DNA of 64,000 nucleotides from Candidatus Aenigmatarchaeota archaeon (lineage in GTDB: Archaea; Aenigmatarchaeota; Aenigmatarchaeia; GW2011-AR5), in contig JAZDNV010000001.1 in assembly GCA_043799385.1 (NCBI GenBank), positions 102,250-166,249 on the forward strand. The letters are read 5' to 3'. The translations under genes and the position numbers were made by a program. Every line of letters starts with the position of its first letter. The stretch's first letter is position 1. The notes below the pieces were generated by a model, which did not search any database, was not told where the DNA came from, and saw only the letters and a list, made by a program, of their open reading frames with translations. This document shows, in pieces, positions 18,756-29,113 of the stretch.

Positions 18756-19180
18756 GATGCGACCATAGGGGATACGACTTGAAGGAGTCGTTAAAGGGTT
18801 ATCTAGCTGGTAATGGCCATGAGGTAAAGGATTTCGGTACACACAGCAAAGATAGCGTTGATTACCCAGTTTTTGCAAAAGAGGTTGCAATGGCCATTGC
18901 AACCGGTGAATACAATCGCGGCATTCTCATATGCGGCAGCGGCATAGGCATGCAAATAGCTGCCGACAAGATAAAGAAGATACGGGCTGCGAACTGCCGT
19001 GATGAAGATGATGCGTACAGGAGCAGGGCGCACAATGATGCGAACGTGCTGACACTAGGCGCAGATAAAATTACTGGTGATTTGGCAAAGAGGATTGTTG
19101 ATAAGTGGCTGACAACTGATTTCGAGGCAGGAAGGCACCAGAGAAGAGTAGACATGATAGAGGAGATGGAAAATGGTTAA
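18719..19180 (+). CDS. rpiB: Ribose-5-phosphate isomerase B
   Basis: IAIGCDHRG, VDYP, CGSGIG, HNDANVL, FEAGRHQRRV. Start position uncertain. Confidence 0.92.
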   Translation: MPKSDERIRIAIGCDHRGYDLKESLKGYLAGNGHEVKDFGTHSKDSVDYPVFAKEVAMAIATGEYNRGILICGSGIGMQIAADKIKKIRAANCRDEDDAYRSRAHNDANVLTLGADKITGDLAKRIVDKWLTTDFEAGRHQRRVDMIEEMENG

Positions 19181-19829
19181 GGTTGGAGCATCGTTGTTGG
19201 CAAAACAAGAGGAGATGGAAAAAGAATCATTAGCCAAGAAAATAACCAAACTGGAAAAGGCAGGAATAGATATGATACACTGGGACGTCATGGACGGTGT
19301 GTATAACCCTATTAATACCATGGCTTTCCAGGGTCCTGATGTGATAAAGGAACTGAGGAAAATAACAGGGTTGCCGTTTGTCGCCCACTTGATGATAGCC
19401 AACCCGATAGAAAAAATACAGGCGTTCCATGAAGCAGGATGCGATATTATCGTTTTTCATTACGAAGCGTGCAAGAAAGACGATGTAAGCAAGACGATAG
19501 ACGAGATAAGGTCATACAAAAGAATACCAGGCATTGCCATAGAGCCTGATACTCCAGTTGGGGTAATCTATCCGTATCTTGATCTATTAGATTACGTGCT
19601 CATAATGACCGTAAAAACGGGTTATGCTGGTCAGAAATTTATTGATGAGACCAATAAGATACGCAATCTTGCGTTAAAAAAAGGCAGTTTCGAGATAGAT
19701 GTAGACGGTGGAATTAACGACATTACAGGGAAATTATGCATAGGGGCAGGCGCAACTGCCCTGTCAGCTGCCAGCTACATATCAGGCAGCGATGATTACA
19801 GCGTTGCAATAAAAAAATTGCGTGGTTAA
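19173..19829 (+). CDS. rpe: Ribulose-phosphate 3-epimerase
   Basis: HWDVMDG, HLMI, MTVKTGYAGQ, VDGGI. Confidence 0.92.
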   Translation: MVKVGASLLAKQEEMEKESLAKKITKLEKAGIDMIHWDVMDGVYNPINTMAFQGPDVIKELRKITGLPFVAHLMIANPIEKIQAFHEAGCDIIVFHYEACKKDDVSKTIDEIRSYKRIPGIAIEPDTPVGVIYPYLDLLDYVLIMTVKTGYAGQKFIDETNKIRNLALKKGSFEIDVDGGINDITGKLCIGAGATALSAASYISGSDDYSVAIKKLRG

Positions 19830-19830
19830 A

Positions 19831-20745
19831 ATGAAATCAACACGTGATGCGTTCGGTGAGGCACTTGCAGAATTTGGCAGCGATGAGCGAATAGTCGTTC
19901 TTGACGCTGACCTATCCAAATCAACTAAGACATGCATGTTTGCAGAAAAATTCCCAGACAGATTTTTTAACGTCGGTGTAGCTGAGCAGGATCTATTCGG
20001 AACTGCAGCAGGATTTGCTCTAACAGGAAAAATACCGTTTGCAAGCACTTTCGCCATCTTTGTTTGCAGGGCATGGGAGCAGATTAGAAACGCAATTGCA
20101 TATCCAAACCTTAACGTGAGAATTGCTGCAACACATAGCGGCATAAGCTGCGGTGAGGACGGGGTTTCACATCATGCTACAGAGGATATTGCATTGATGC
20201 GTGCAATACCGAACATGGCAGTAATCGTTCCAGCGGATGCAATAGAAACAAAAAAAGCAATAAAGGCAACGCTAGATTGGCGTGGCCCTGTCTACATAAG
20301 GATGAACAGGCCGAAGAGCCCGTTAATATTCAATGATGATTATGACTATGAAATCGGCAACGCCAGCGTAATCAAAGACGGCAGCGATGTTTCAATAATA
20401 GCATGTGGCATCATGGTCAGCGAGGCGGTGAAGGCATCAGAGATACTCAATAAAAACGGCATATCAGCAGAGGTTGTAAACATGCACACGATAAAACCGC
20501 TTGACGCAGAAACAATTTTAAAGACAGGAAAAAAGACAGGGAGAATAGTTACGTGCGAAGACCACGGTATCATTGGCGGCCTTGGCTCTGCGGTCGCAGA
20601 AGTCATCGCAGGAAGCAATATCAAACTGGAGAGAATCGGCGTTAAAGGCTTTTGCGAATCCGGGAGCCACGAAGAACTTTTTATGAAATACGGATTGAAT
20701 GCAGAAAGTATTGCAAACGCTATTAAAAATCAGGTGATTAAATGA
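19831..20745 (+). CDS. Transketolase C-terminal subunit
   Basis: TRDAFG, DADLSKST, NVGVAEQ, GEDGVSH, EDH..GGLGSAV. Confidence 0.93.
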   Translation: MKSTRDAFGEALAEFGSDERIVVLDADLSKSTKTCMFAEKFPDRFFNVGVAEQDLFGTAAGFALTGKIPFASTFAIFVCRAWEQIRNAIAYPNLNVRIAATHSGISCGEDGVSHHATEDIALMRAIPNMAVIVPADAIETKKAIKATLDWRGPVYIRMNRPKSPLIFNDDYDYEIGNASVIKDGSDVSIIACGIMVSEAVKASEILNKNGISAEVVNMHTIKPLDAETILKTGKKTGRIVTCEDHGIIGGLGSAVAEVIAGSNIKLERIGVKGFCESGSHEELFMKYGLNAESIANAIKNQVIK

Positions 20746-21512
20746 AGATTTTTATTGACACATCAAAGCTAAACGAGATAAAAAAGATAAACGAACTTGG
20801 GGTATTGGACGGAGTTACGACCAACCCGTCTTTGATAAAACAAGCGGTCGACGATTTGAAGAGCAAAGGAGAAAATATTGATTTAGAGGATTACATAAAG
20901 GAAATCTGCAAAGCCTCAGGAAAGAATAAACCTGTCAGCTTAGAGGTAATAAGCACTGATGTAGCGTCGATGGTAAGCGAGGCAAAACTATTGCACAAGA
21001 AGTTCAATTTTGCAAACAACGTTGTAATAAAAATACCGCTAACTGCAGATGGATTAAAGGCGATTAATGAATTGAATAAATCCGGTATAAAAACGAATGC
21101 AACACTGATAATGACAGTCGAGCAGGCATTGCTCGCAGCAAAGGCCGGAGCAACTTACGTATCACCATTCGCCGGAAGAATAGACGATTATCTACGGAGC
21201 GGTACGGAATACAAAAAATCCGACTACTTTCCAGCGCATGGAACAGGAAAAGATGATAACGGAATAGTCAGCGGTGTTGACCTTGTGAGAAAGATCACAG
21301 ATATATTCGAAATTTTCAAAATAGATACAGAGATAATAGCGGCAAGCATTCGGAATGCAAGACAAGTTCGTGAAGTCGCATTAGCAGGCGCGCATATAGC
21401 GACTATACCGTTTTCTGTAATCAACGAGATGCTAAAACATTCAAAGACAGATGAAGGAATAATAAAATTCTCAGAGGATACGATACCAGAATACAGGAAA
21501 ATATTCGATTAG
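20742..21512 (+). CDS. tal: Transaldolase (TalC/FSA-fold family)
   Basis: TTNP and KIP (Schiff-base Lys). SLEV Glu and SPF Phe are transaldolase-type rather than FSA-type. Confidence 0.88.
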   Translation: MKIFIDTSKLNEIKKINELGVLDGVTTNPSLIKQAVDDLKSKGENIDLEDYIKEICKASGKNKPVSLEVISTDVASMVSEAKLLHKKFNFANNVVIKIPLTADGLKAINELNKSGIKTNATLIMTVEQALLAAKAGATYVSPFAGRIDDYLRSGTEYKKSDYFPAHGTGKDDNGIVSGVDLVRKITDIFEIFKIDTEIIAASIRNARQVREVALAGAHIATIPFSVINEMLKHSKTDEGIIKFSEDTIPEYRKIFD

Positions 21513-22570
21513 CTTTGCACATCGCTTATTATTTTTTTCATTTTTGTTACAAAGGCACCTATGTCAAACCTTTCTGCATTTTTCTGGATTAACTTATTAT
21601 TCCATTTCATTTTTTCAAATTTTCCTATAGAATTGATTAGGGATTCTACGCTCGGCTCGAAGAAGACACCGGTATTCTTATTTACAGTTTCGAGAAGACC
21701 ACCTTCTCTGACAGCAATCACAGGCTTTCCGGCACATTGCGATTCGATTGCTGACAAGCCTAGGTCTTCATCCATCGCAGCGACGACGGTTGCTTTGCAT
21801 CTTGCATACAAATCGATAAGTTCCTCTTCACTGACATTACCAACGAACTCAATGTTATCATGACCTTCTGCTAATTTATTTAGTTTGCTTTCTTCCGGGC
21901 CGGTTGATGCTACGACCAATCTTTTTCCATTTTTCTTGAAAGCTTCTACTACAAGGCCAACGCGCTTTAACGGATCTAGGCGAGACGTGGATAAGTAAAA
22001 ATCTTCTGACGGCTTGCAATAAAATTTTTTCGTTTCTATTCCCGTATATACAACGTCGCATTTTTTGTAGGCGTCTTCGCCGTAAAATTTCCTAACCCTA
22101 TTTTTGACGTTTTCAGAATTCGGGCAGATTCTGTCAAACTGCCTCATATATATCTGGTCCTTTTTCTTCCAGTAATTCATGAACATTTTGAATAGCGGAC
22201 GCTGGATTATGTTAGTTCTTTTTATGAAGTATTCGTTGAGGTCGTATAGGTATCTTGGCGGTGTATGTAGGTAGAGAATGTTCGGATGATTTTTCGCAGC
22301 CGTTATGCACCAGGTTCCTGAAAAGACGAATGCATCATAATTTGGAAATTTGTATTTTTCGAATTTTTTTGCTATCATCAGGTTTCGCAGTATGTGAGGC
22401 AATCTCCTACTGATGCCGAGGCTTGTTATTTTTACACCGTCTGTGTCAAAGGTCTTATTGTAATCAACGAACCCCGTGTAGATATCCGCGCCCAAAGCCC
22501 TGGCTAAATTCAATACCAGACGCTCACCGCCGCCACGTTTGTCAAAATAATCATGCAGTATTGCTATCAT
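21509..22570 (-). CDS. Glycosyltransferase family 4
   Basis: HDY..RGGGER, SRLDPLKR, EDLGLSAIE. Confidence 0.9.
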   Translation of the reverse strand: MIAILHDYFDKRGGGERLVLNLARALGADIYTGFVDYNKTFDTDGVKITSLGISRRLPHILRNLMIAKKFEKYKFPNYDAFVFSGTWCITAAKNHPNILYLHTPPRYLYDLNEYFIKRTNIIQRPLFKMFMNYWKKKDQIYMRQFDRICPNSENVKNRVRKFYGEDAYKKCDVVYTGIETKKFYCKPSEDFYLSTSRLDPLKRVGLVVEAFKKNGKRLVVASTGPEESKLNKLAEGHDNIEFVGNVSEEELIDLYARCKATVVAAMDEDLGLSAIESQCAGKPVIAVREGGLLETVNKNTGVFFEPSVESLINSIGKFEKMKWNNKLIQKNAERFDIGAFVTKMKKIISDVQS

Positions 22571-23634
22571 AACAATTCCTTGTATACCCTTTCTACATTC
22601 TCCGCTGTCCTGTCCCATGAAAACATTTTTGCTGTATCCAACCCATTCTTTCTCAATTTGTTTCTAAAGCCATCGTCCTGCAGGAGTTTGGTTATATTTT
22701 CTGCAAGTTTTTCGCCTAATAACGAATTGTTTTTATTGCAAAAGAAATAGGTTGATAAATCCTTTGCCACAACAGGCGTGCCGCATGCCATTGATTCAGC
22801 GAGAATCAACCCCAGGCCTTCAACAGAAGACGGGTTGATCAGGAACTGAGACGATTTGATTAGCCTTATCTTCTCCCTCTCAGGAACAAACCCGCGAAAT
22901 TCAACGTTTATTTTCAGTTTTTTTGTCATCCTTTTCAGATTCTCCTCTTCCGGGCCAGTTCCAACTATTATTAACTTTGTGTCTGTTTTTACCTTTCCGA
23001 ACGCCTTAAGAAGCATATCAACATTCTTGTATTTTATCAGGCGCCCAACGTATATTATCTGGTCCACCTTTCTCGCCTTCACGCTGTTTATGAAATCCAA
23101 ATCAATGCCTGATACTATGGTTGTTATGTCTGATTTGAAACCCAACTGTCTCAGTTTTTTTTCTGTCGGCGGTGAGTTCGCAATTATCCTATCATATCGT
23201 AATCTAGACCAGAAGAATTCCATCGATTTTCCGAACCACGAATAAGGCTTGGAAAAATAACTGCTCCACTGATCCCAGTATATGTCATGAAAAGTAGCAA
23301 CAATCGGTCTTCTAGTTAAGGGTGCAAAGAACCCCATGAAGGATGCCATTCCCTGATTAGCGTCTATGACATCATATTCGCTTTTCAGAGCCTTCAGGAA
23401 AGGCTTATAACTCAACAACGGAAATAAAGACCTTTTACCCATACCGTGCCTGATGCCGAGCCTTATAATCTCTATGTCTTTATAGATTTCGTGGTCATCG
23501 CATCCGTTTAGCTTCAAAGAATATACGGTTATCTCATGTTTTTTTGACAATCTTTTTGCTATCTCTAGGTATCGTCTTTCTGCTCCGCCAAAAAGATACG
23601 GGTAGAACAACTCACTGAGCATGCATATGTGCAT
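22567..23634 (-). CDS. Glycosyltransferase family 4
   Basis: GGAERR, VGRLIKYK, EGLGLILAESMACG. Confidence 0.92.
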   Translation of the reverse strand: MHICMLSELFYPYLFGGAERRYLEIAKRLSKKHEITVYSLKLNGCDDHEIYKDIEIIRLGIRHGMGKRSLFPLLSYKPFLKALKSEYDVIDANQGMASFMGFFAPLTRRPIVATFHDIYWDQWSSYFSKPYSWFGKSMEFFWSRLRYDRIIANSPPTEKKLRQLGFKSDITTIVSGIDLDFINSVKARKVDQIIYVGRLIKYKNVDMLLKAFGKVKTDTKLIIVGTGPEEENLKRMTKKLKINVEFRGFVPEREKIRLIKSSQFLINPSSVEGLGLILAESMACGTPVVAKDLSTYFFCNKNNSLLGEKLAENITKLLQDDGFRNKLRKNGLDTAKMFSWDRTAENVERVYKELL

Positions 23635-23685
23635 GCTTTCATTTAAAAAGAAAAGTTTTAATTTATGCCATAATAAGGTAGGGAT

Positions 23686-24957
23686 ATGAAGATATCTATA
23701 ATAGGCTCTGGTTATGTCGGCCTGTCCACAGGACTAGGACTTGCGTCACTCGGTTATGAAATCATATGCGTTGATGTAGACAGAGGCAAAGTCGATTCGA
23801 TAAATAACGGAAAACTGCCGATTTATGAGGACGGGATGCAGGAAATACTCAACAAAGCTCTTAAGAAAAAGACATTCAAAGCTACAACAGACTTTGCGTA
23901 TGCTATAGAAAATTCAGAAGTAAGCTTTGTAGCAGTTGGCACGCCATTCAAGGACGGTCTTTATTTGAAATATGTTATGGACGCTGTAACCGATATATCA
24001 AAAGCATTGAAAAGCAAGAAAGGATACCATCTAGTTGTCATGAAGTCAACGGTTCTGCCAGGAACGACAGAGAGCATCATACCAATACTTGAAAAATCCT
24101 CGAAAAAGCGCGTTGGAAAAGATATTGGTCTGTGCATGAATCCTGAATTCCTGAGAGAAGGCAAAGCCCTTGATGATTTCCTGAAGCCAGACAGGATTGT
24201 AATAGGCGAATTTGACAAGAAATCAGGAGATGCTCTGGAAAAACTTTACAAGGGCGTCAATGCGCCTGTTTTCAGAACCAACCTTAAGACGGCGGAGATG
24301 ATAAAATATGCGGCGAATACATTCCTTGCATCTAAAATCTCTCTTATAAATGAAATAGGCAATATCTGCAAAAAGCTAGGTATAGATACGTATGATGTTG
24401 CAAAAGGAATCGGTTATGACAAGAGAATCTCGCCGCAATTTCTGGAATCAGGTATAGGTTTTGGCGGTTCATGCTTCAAAAAGGATTTGTCTGCACTGGC
24501 AAAAAAAGCAAAGAGTCTCGGAGTCGATACGAGAATAATAGATGCCACGCTCTGCGTAAATGAGAACCAGCCGCTAAAAATAACTGAGTTTTTGAAGGAC
24601 GTCAAGAACAAGAAAGTGACGATACTCGGCCTTGCCTTCAAGCCGGGAACAGACGATATACGCGAATCGCCTGCGATAAGGATAATAAGTGAGCTTTTGA
24701 GGAAAGGAGCGTGCGTTTCTGCGTATGACCCGAAGGCAATGGACAACGTTAAGAGGGTATTCCCGAACATAACCTATTGTCGCAGCGCAAAAGAGGCGCT
24801 GGAAAACGCTGATGCCTGCGTAATTTTGACTGAATGGGAGGAGTTTAAAAAACTTTCCGAGAAGGAATTTTCAGTGATGAAAAATAAAGTGATAGTAGAA
24901 GGCAGGAAAACGTTGAATCCTAAAATAGTTAAAAAATTTGATGGTGTCTGCTGGTGA
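23686..24957 (+). CDS. UDP-glucose/GDP-mannose dehydrogenase family protein
   Basis: GSGYVG, KSTV, NPEFLREG, GFGGSCF, GLAFKPGTDDIRESP. Confidence 0.93.
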   Translation: MKISIIGSGYVGLSTGLGLASLGYEIICVDVDRGKVDSINNGKLPIYEDGMQEILNKALKKKTFKATTDFAYAIENSEVSFVAVGTPFKDGLYLKYVMDAVTDISKALKSKKGYHLVVMKSTVLPGTTESIIPILEKSSKKRVGKDIGLCMNPEFLREGKALDDFLKPDRIVIGEFDKKSGDALEKLYKGVNAPVFRTNLKTAEMIKYAANTFLASKISLINEIGNICKKLGIDTYDVAKGIGYDKRISPQFLESGIGFGGSCFKKDLSALAKKAKSLGVDTRIIDATLCVNENQPLKITEFLKDVKNKKVTILGLAFKPGTDDIRESPAIRIISELLRKGACVSAYDPKAMDNVKRVFPNITYCRSAKEALENADACVILTEWEEFKKLSEKEFSVMKNKVIVEGRKTLNPKIVKKFDGVCW

Positions 24958-24961
24958 TGAT

Positions 24962-25780
24962 ATGAAAGCGATAATACTTGCTGCCGGACGCGGAACAAGG
25001 CTGCGCCCATTAACATACGGCATACCTAAACCGCTTCTTCCGGTAAAAGGAACGCCGATGATAGACTGGGTCATACGAAGCATTTCCAGTGAAAAGATAG
25101 AAGAGATAATTGTTGGCACGTCAGGAACAATTGGAGAAAACATGGAAGAGCGGGTGCTATCGCATATTCACGGCATCTGCATCGATTCCTATCTTAAGAA
25201 CCAGACTTATGATTGCAAAATAAGAACGGTCCCTACTTTACAGCGCGAGACAGGCGGTGATTTGAGGTATATTCTTGAAGAAATCAACATGAAGAAAGGA
25301 AAGATAATAGTTGTTTATGGCGACAATCTCACGTCATTCAACATTGACAAACTTCTCGATTATCATGAAAAATGCAAAAACGAGCTTGGCATCGCAGGCA
25401 CAGTAGTCTTGTTCGAATCACCTGAGAGCGATGTGAACCGCTTCGGGATAGCGAAATTAAAAAACGTGAAAGGCTTTGATTTGGTAACATCTTTCATAGA
25501 AAAGCCGTCGTTGCAAGAAGCACCGTCACGATACGCGAGTGCCGGTTATTACATTCTTGAAGTGGACGAGGTATTCGATATGCTTCCGCATGAAAAGGTA
25601 AAGGTTGAGCATTCAGTATTCCCAGTCTTGGCAAGCCAGAACAAACTTGCTGGTTATATAACAAAGCTTCCTTACTGGATTGATATAAGCACCTTGGAGG
25701 CATACATTACGGCGAACAAGATGGCTCATGACGGTCTTATAATCCCACCATCGCTTCCGAATAAAGGAAACAACATATGA
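24962..25780 (+). CDS. Sugar-phosphate nucleotidyltransferase
   Basis: LAAGRGTRLRPLT..PKP, YGD, EKP, WIDI. Confidence 0.9.
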   Translation: MKAIILAAGRGTRLRPLTYGIPKPLLPVKGTPMIDWVIRSISSEKIEEIIVGTSGTIGENMEERVLSHIHGICIDSYLKNQTYDCKIRTVPTLQRETGGDLRYILEEINMKKGKIIVVYGDNLTSFNIDKLLDYHEKCKNELGIAGTVVLFESPESDVNRFGIAKLKNVKGFDLVTSFIEKPSLQEAPSRYASAGYYILEVDEVFDMLPHEKVKVEHSVFPVLASQNKLAGYITKLPYWIDISTLEAYITANKMAHDGLIIPPSLPNKGNNI

Positions 25781-27252
25781 TGATTATGAATATCAAGAAA
25801 ATAGTTTTACTTTTATTGGCTATTAATGCAGTTCTAGTCCTCATCCCTGCAATTGTTTTTAATCTGCCGATTGTTCAGACAGACGGTGCGTCTCATTACG
25901 TTTATGCCAAGGTTTATTCAGAAACATTTTCACTGGATTCTGAAAATCCCGAATACAACCGCATGGGTTCTGTCGAAAAAAAGCTTTCTGACTACCCGCC
26001 ATTTGTTACGATAGTTTTTGGCTCGATTATAAAAATGTTCGGCAATGACATATTCCTTATAAACGGTGGTTTCGGTCTTGCATTCTTTCTGCTTGCATCA
26101 ATATTCATGTATATCTTCATAAAAGATATCACAAAAAACAACACTGTTGCGATTATAGGCCTTGCTTTCTTCATTCTGAATATAAGAGCTTATTACACGC
26201 TCTTCACAGGAATATACCCAGCGTTCGTCTCCTTCTGCCTTTCCATACCGGCGCTGTATTTTTCATATAAATTCTTTTTGTCAGGTAATAATAGGAATCT
26301 TGTGTTGTCGCTGCTTTTCACCTGTATGACTGTCTTTGCTTATACTATACAGGGTCTTTATCTAATATTCCTAGAAATCATGTTATGGTTCGGGATAAAG
26401 CTTGAGGAAAAACTTTCTGTGCACTTCCCGAAAATAAATGCTAGGATAAAAAGAATTTCATTGAGCGACTTCAAGAATGCGATTTATCTGCTAATACCCA
26501 CTGCGTTATTCTTATTTTTTGTTATAATCTCATTCACACTGAAGGGCACCACAAGAGAGACGTGGTTAAGCGGATGGTTTTCAGGACTGATGAGCACCTG
26601 CACCGGTTACCAATGTGTCTGGAAGCACTTCTTTATAGTTGAAGGGTTGATTGCACTATTTGCGATATTCGGTTCAATCTACCTGTTCTACAAAAAAGAC
26701 TGGAAGATAATCACGCTTCTTTTAGGTGGTTTTTTGATAGTGATATCAGGAAGCATTTTTATCGAGGGTGAACCGACAATACTGGTTTACATCTATCGTT
26801 TCTATACAACATTTTCAGCGCTGCTGGTGATACCGGCAAGCGTTTTCATATATAAAATCATTTCAATGAAAGAGGTCAGAAATATAGGAATAGTGTTTCT
26901 GGCTCTATGCATTTTTATTCAGTTGGCGATATTAGGATACTTCTATTTGAATATCGGACCTGCGATAACGCAGGGTGAGTACGATGCGGCTTCATTTCTT
27001 TCTGGTCATACGAAATCGAATATACTTTACGTAAACAATGAGGTTGATGAAGGGACGTTCAGGTCGTTCAAGTGGGTTGTTGTCTTTGCCAAATCAGAAA
27101 AATACAGCGTAAGCGAGAGCGTAGGCAATTTGACCGGATTTGACTACGTCTTCGTTCAGGATAAGGATAAACTGAGTGCTGATGAAAAAAACAAGCTAGG
27201 CAATAACATAGCATTCAATAGCGGCAACGCACAGGTTTACAAAATAGCCTGA
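25777..27252 (+). CDS. Polytopic membrane protein, GT-C-like
   Basis: About 11 hydrophobic segments, first-loop TD..H and YPP pattern, small C-terminal soluble domain. Confidence 0.65.
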   Translation: MMIMNIKKIVLLLLAINAVLVLIPAIVFNLPIVQTDGASHYVYAKVYSETFSLDSENPEYNRMGSVEKKLSDYPPFVTIVFGSIIKMFGNDIFLINGGFGLAFFLLASIFMYIFIKDITKNNTVAIIGLAFFILNIRAYYTLFTGIYPAFVSFCLSIPALYFSYKFFLSGNNRNLVLSLLFTCMTVFAYTIQGLYLIFLEIMLWFGIKLEEKLSVHFPKINARIKRISLSDFKNAIYLLIPTALFLFFVIISFTLKGTTRETWLSGWFSGLMSTCTGYQCVWKHFFIVEGLIALFAIFGSIYLFYKKDWKIITLLLGGFLIVISGSIFIEGEPTILVYIYRFYTTFSALLVIPASVFIYKIISMKEVRNIGIVFLALCIFIQLAILGYFYLNIGPAITQGEYDAASFLSGHTKSNILYVNNEVDEGTFRSFKWVVVFAKSEKYSVSESVGNLTGFDYVFVQDKDKLSADEKNKLGNNIAFNSGNAQVYKIA

Positions 27253-27950
27253 GTTCTCCACCAGGCGATTTTCATCAGGAATTTTATGTTGTTGAATATC
27301 TCCCTCTGTATGTTTATCTTTGTTTTGCCGTATATTCGCGTGGACAACGTAACAGGCACTTCTATTATGCTCTTCTTCCTTTGCAAAAGCCTAAACAGGA
27401 TTTCTGCATTTATCATGAAACCTTTGTCAGTTAGCGTTAGATCTTTTAGGTCTTTTGTTCTGTAAAGCCTGAAGACAGATGTGACAGAACTTATCTTTTT
27501 CCCAAGGACAAGAGAATAAAGGAAGGTCACGACTTTGCTTAGTATGATTCGGAAGAACGGGACATTTTCAGTTTTGCCGCCTTTTGCGAAATGCGATCCA
27601 ATAACGCAGTCGTAATAATCCCTTTGAGCAAGCAATTTAGGTATCTCCCGCGGATGAAAAGTAAAATCAGAATCAAGCGTTATTGTAAAATCGCCTTTCA
27701 CGTTTTCTATACCAGTCATTATTGCGTAGCCAAGGCCCTTGTTTACCCCGTGCATTACCAGCCTGATGTTCTTGTACTTTTTCTGGAGTTTTCTGACTTC
27801 TTTTACCGTGTCGTCCTTGCTGCCGTCATCTATTACGACGATTTCGTATTTACCAAGATTTTTCAGTACCGGTATTAACTCAGGCCCAATCCTCTTTATA
27901 TTATCCTCTTCATTATAGGCAGGTATTATTATCGATAGCATTTTCGACAC
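27237..27950 (-). CDS. Glycosyltransferase family 2 (DPM1-like)
   Basis: IPAYNEE, DDGSKD, NKGLG, LDSDFT. Confidence 0.9.
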   Translation of the reverse strand: MSKMLSIIIPAYNEEDNIKRIGPELIPVLKNLGKYEIVVIDDGSKDDTVKEVRKLQKKYKNIRLVMHGVNKGLGYAIMTGIENVKGDFTITLDSDFTFHPREIPKLLAQRDYYDCVIGSHFAKGGKTENVPFFRIILSKVVTFLYSLVLGKKISSVTSVFRLYRTKDLKDLTLTDKGFMINAEILFRLLQRKKSIIEVPVTLSTRIYGKTKINIQREIFNNIKFLMKIAWWRTQAIL

Positions 27951-28017
27951 CAGTAATTAATAGTATAAGTTATTTTTAAGAACATTGTTCTTAAAAGAGA
28001 CGTCATTTATGGCCATC

Positions 28018-29109
28018 TCATTTTAAGATGTATAATATCTTTGTCGCGGCATGACCGTTCCCAAATGGATTGCTCCATCTTATCCTTTTTTTCAGCATAA
28101 TTTTTGCAGCCTTTAGAATATTGTCAGGTTTCGTCCCAGCAAGTACGTTGCCTATCTTTAGCGTTTCCGGTCGTTCTGTGTTCTCCCTTAGCGTAACGCA
28201 AGGCACGTGCAGAATACAGCTTTCCTCCTGCAGTCCGCCAGCATCCGTTAGTACCAACTTTGCGTTTGCCTCTAGTTTCAGCATTTCAAAGAAACCTACC
28301 GGTTCGATAACCCGTATGTTTTTTGATACGCGTATCTTGAACTTATCCAGCATCTTCTTTGTTCTCGGGTGCATCGGGTATATTATATCAATTTTGAATT
28401 CGTTATACAGTTTTTCTAGGCCATCCATTATTCCTTTCAATTTTTTATTGTCATCGACGTTTTCCTGGCGATGGGCGGTAACCAGGAAGTATTCACCTTT
28501 CCTTAAATTGAGCTTATCCAATATATCTGATTTTTCGAACATTTTCCTGACATCATATACTGCGTCAACTATCGTATTCCCGGTTATGTATATCTTCTTT
28601 TCTTCTATACCTTCTTTCAACGCATTGTCTTTTGACTGCTTTGTCGCAGCGAAGAGGTAATCAGACATATGGTCGCTGAGCACGCGGTTTATCTCCTCGG
28701 TCATGGTCCTGTCATAGCTTCTCAGACCTGCCTCTATGTGACCTAATTTTATGTTCATGTTTATCGGGCTGGTCTTCAACTTGCTTACGCAAACAGAGCC
28801 GGCTAGTACGGTATTCGTATCGCCCTGCACCAAGACAACATCAGGTTTTTCCTTCAGCAGAATCTGTTCTATCCTTATAAGCATCCTTCCCGTGTGCTCG
28901 CTCTGCAGCATCGGTGATTTCGACCTTATGCCTAACGTATAATCAGGCAACGGAAGCGACAGCTGTTTATAGAACAGCTTGTCCATGTTGTAGGAATAGT
29001 GCTGGCCTGTGTGCAGTATGAAGTATTCCAAGCCGCGTTTTTCGCACTCCTTTATAACAGGGCTCATCTTTATTATTTCAGGCCTTGTGCCCATTATTAT
29101 GGCTATCAT
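28018..29109 (-). CDS. wecB: UDP-N-acetylglucosamine 2-epimerase (non-hydrolysing; WecB/WbpI-like)
   Basis: GTRPEIIK, HTGQHY, QGDT, HIEAGLRS, HRQEN, GGLQEE, TERPE. Confidence 0.92.
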   Translation of the reverse strand: MIAIIMGTRPEIIKMSPVIKECEKRGLEYFILHTGQHYSYNMDKLFYKQLSLPLPDYTLGIRSKSPMLQSEHTGRMLIRIEQILLKEKPDVVLVQGDTNTVLAGSVCVSKLKTSPINMNIKLGHIEAGLRSYDRTMTEEINRVLSDHMSDYLFAATKQSKDNALKEGIEEKKIYITGNTIVDAVYDVRKMFEKSDILDKLNLRKGEYFLVTAHRQENVDDNKKLKGIMDGLEKLYNEFKIDIIYPMHPRTKKMLDKFKIRVSKNIRVIEPVGFFEMLKLEANAKLVLTDAGGLQEESCILHVPCVTLRENTERPETLKIGNVLAGTKPDNILKAAKIMLKKRIRWSNPFGNGHAATKILYILK

Positions 29110-29113
29110 ACTA

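Noticed and set aside
20742..21512. Fructose-6-phosphate aldolase call
   Set aside because: The Glu (SLEV) and Phe (SPF) signature residues and the operon context favour transaldolase.
28070..28660. 196-aa plus-strand ORF and many similar 60-175-aa antisense ORFs in the track
   Set aside because: Fully antisense to well-supported genes and lacking motifs.
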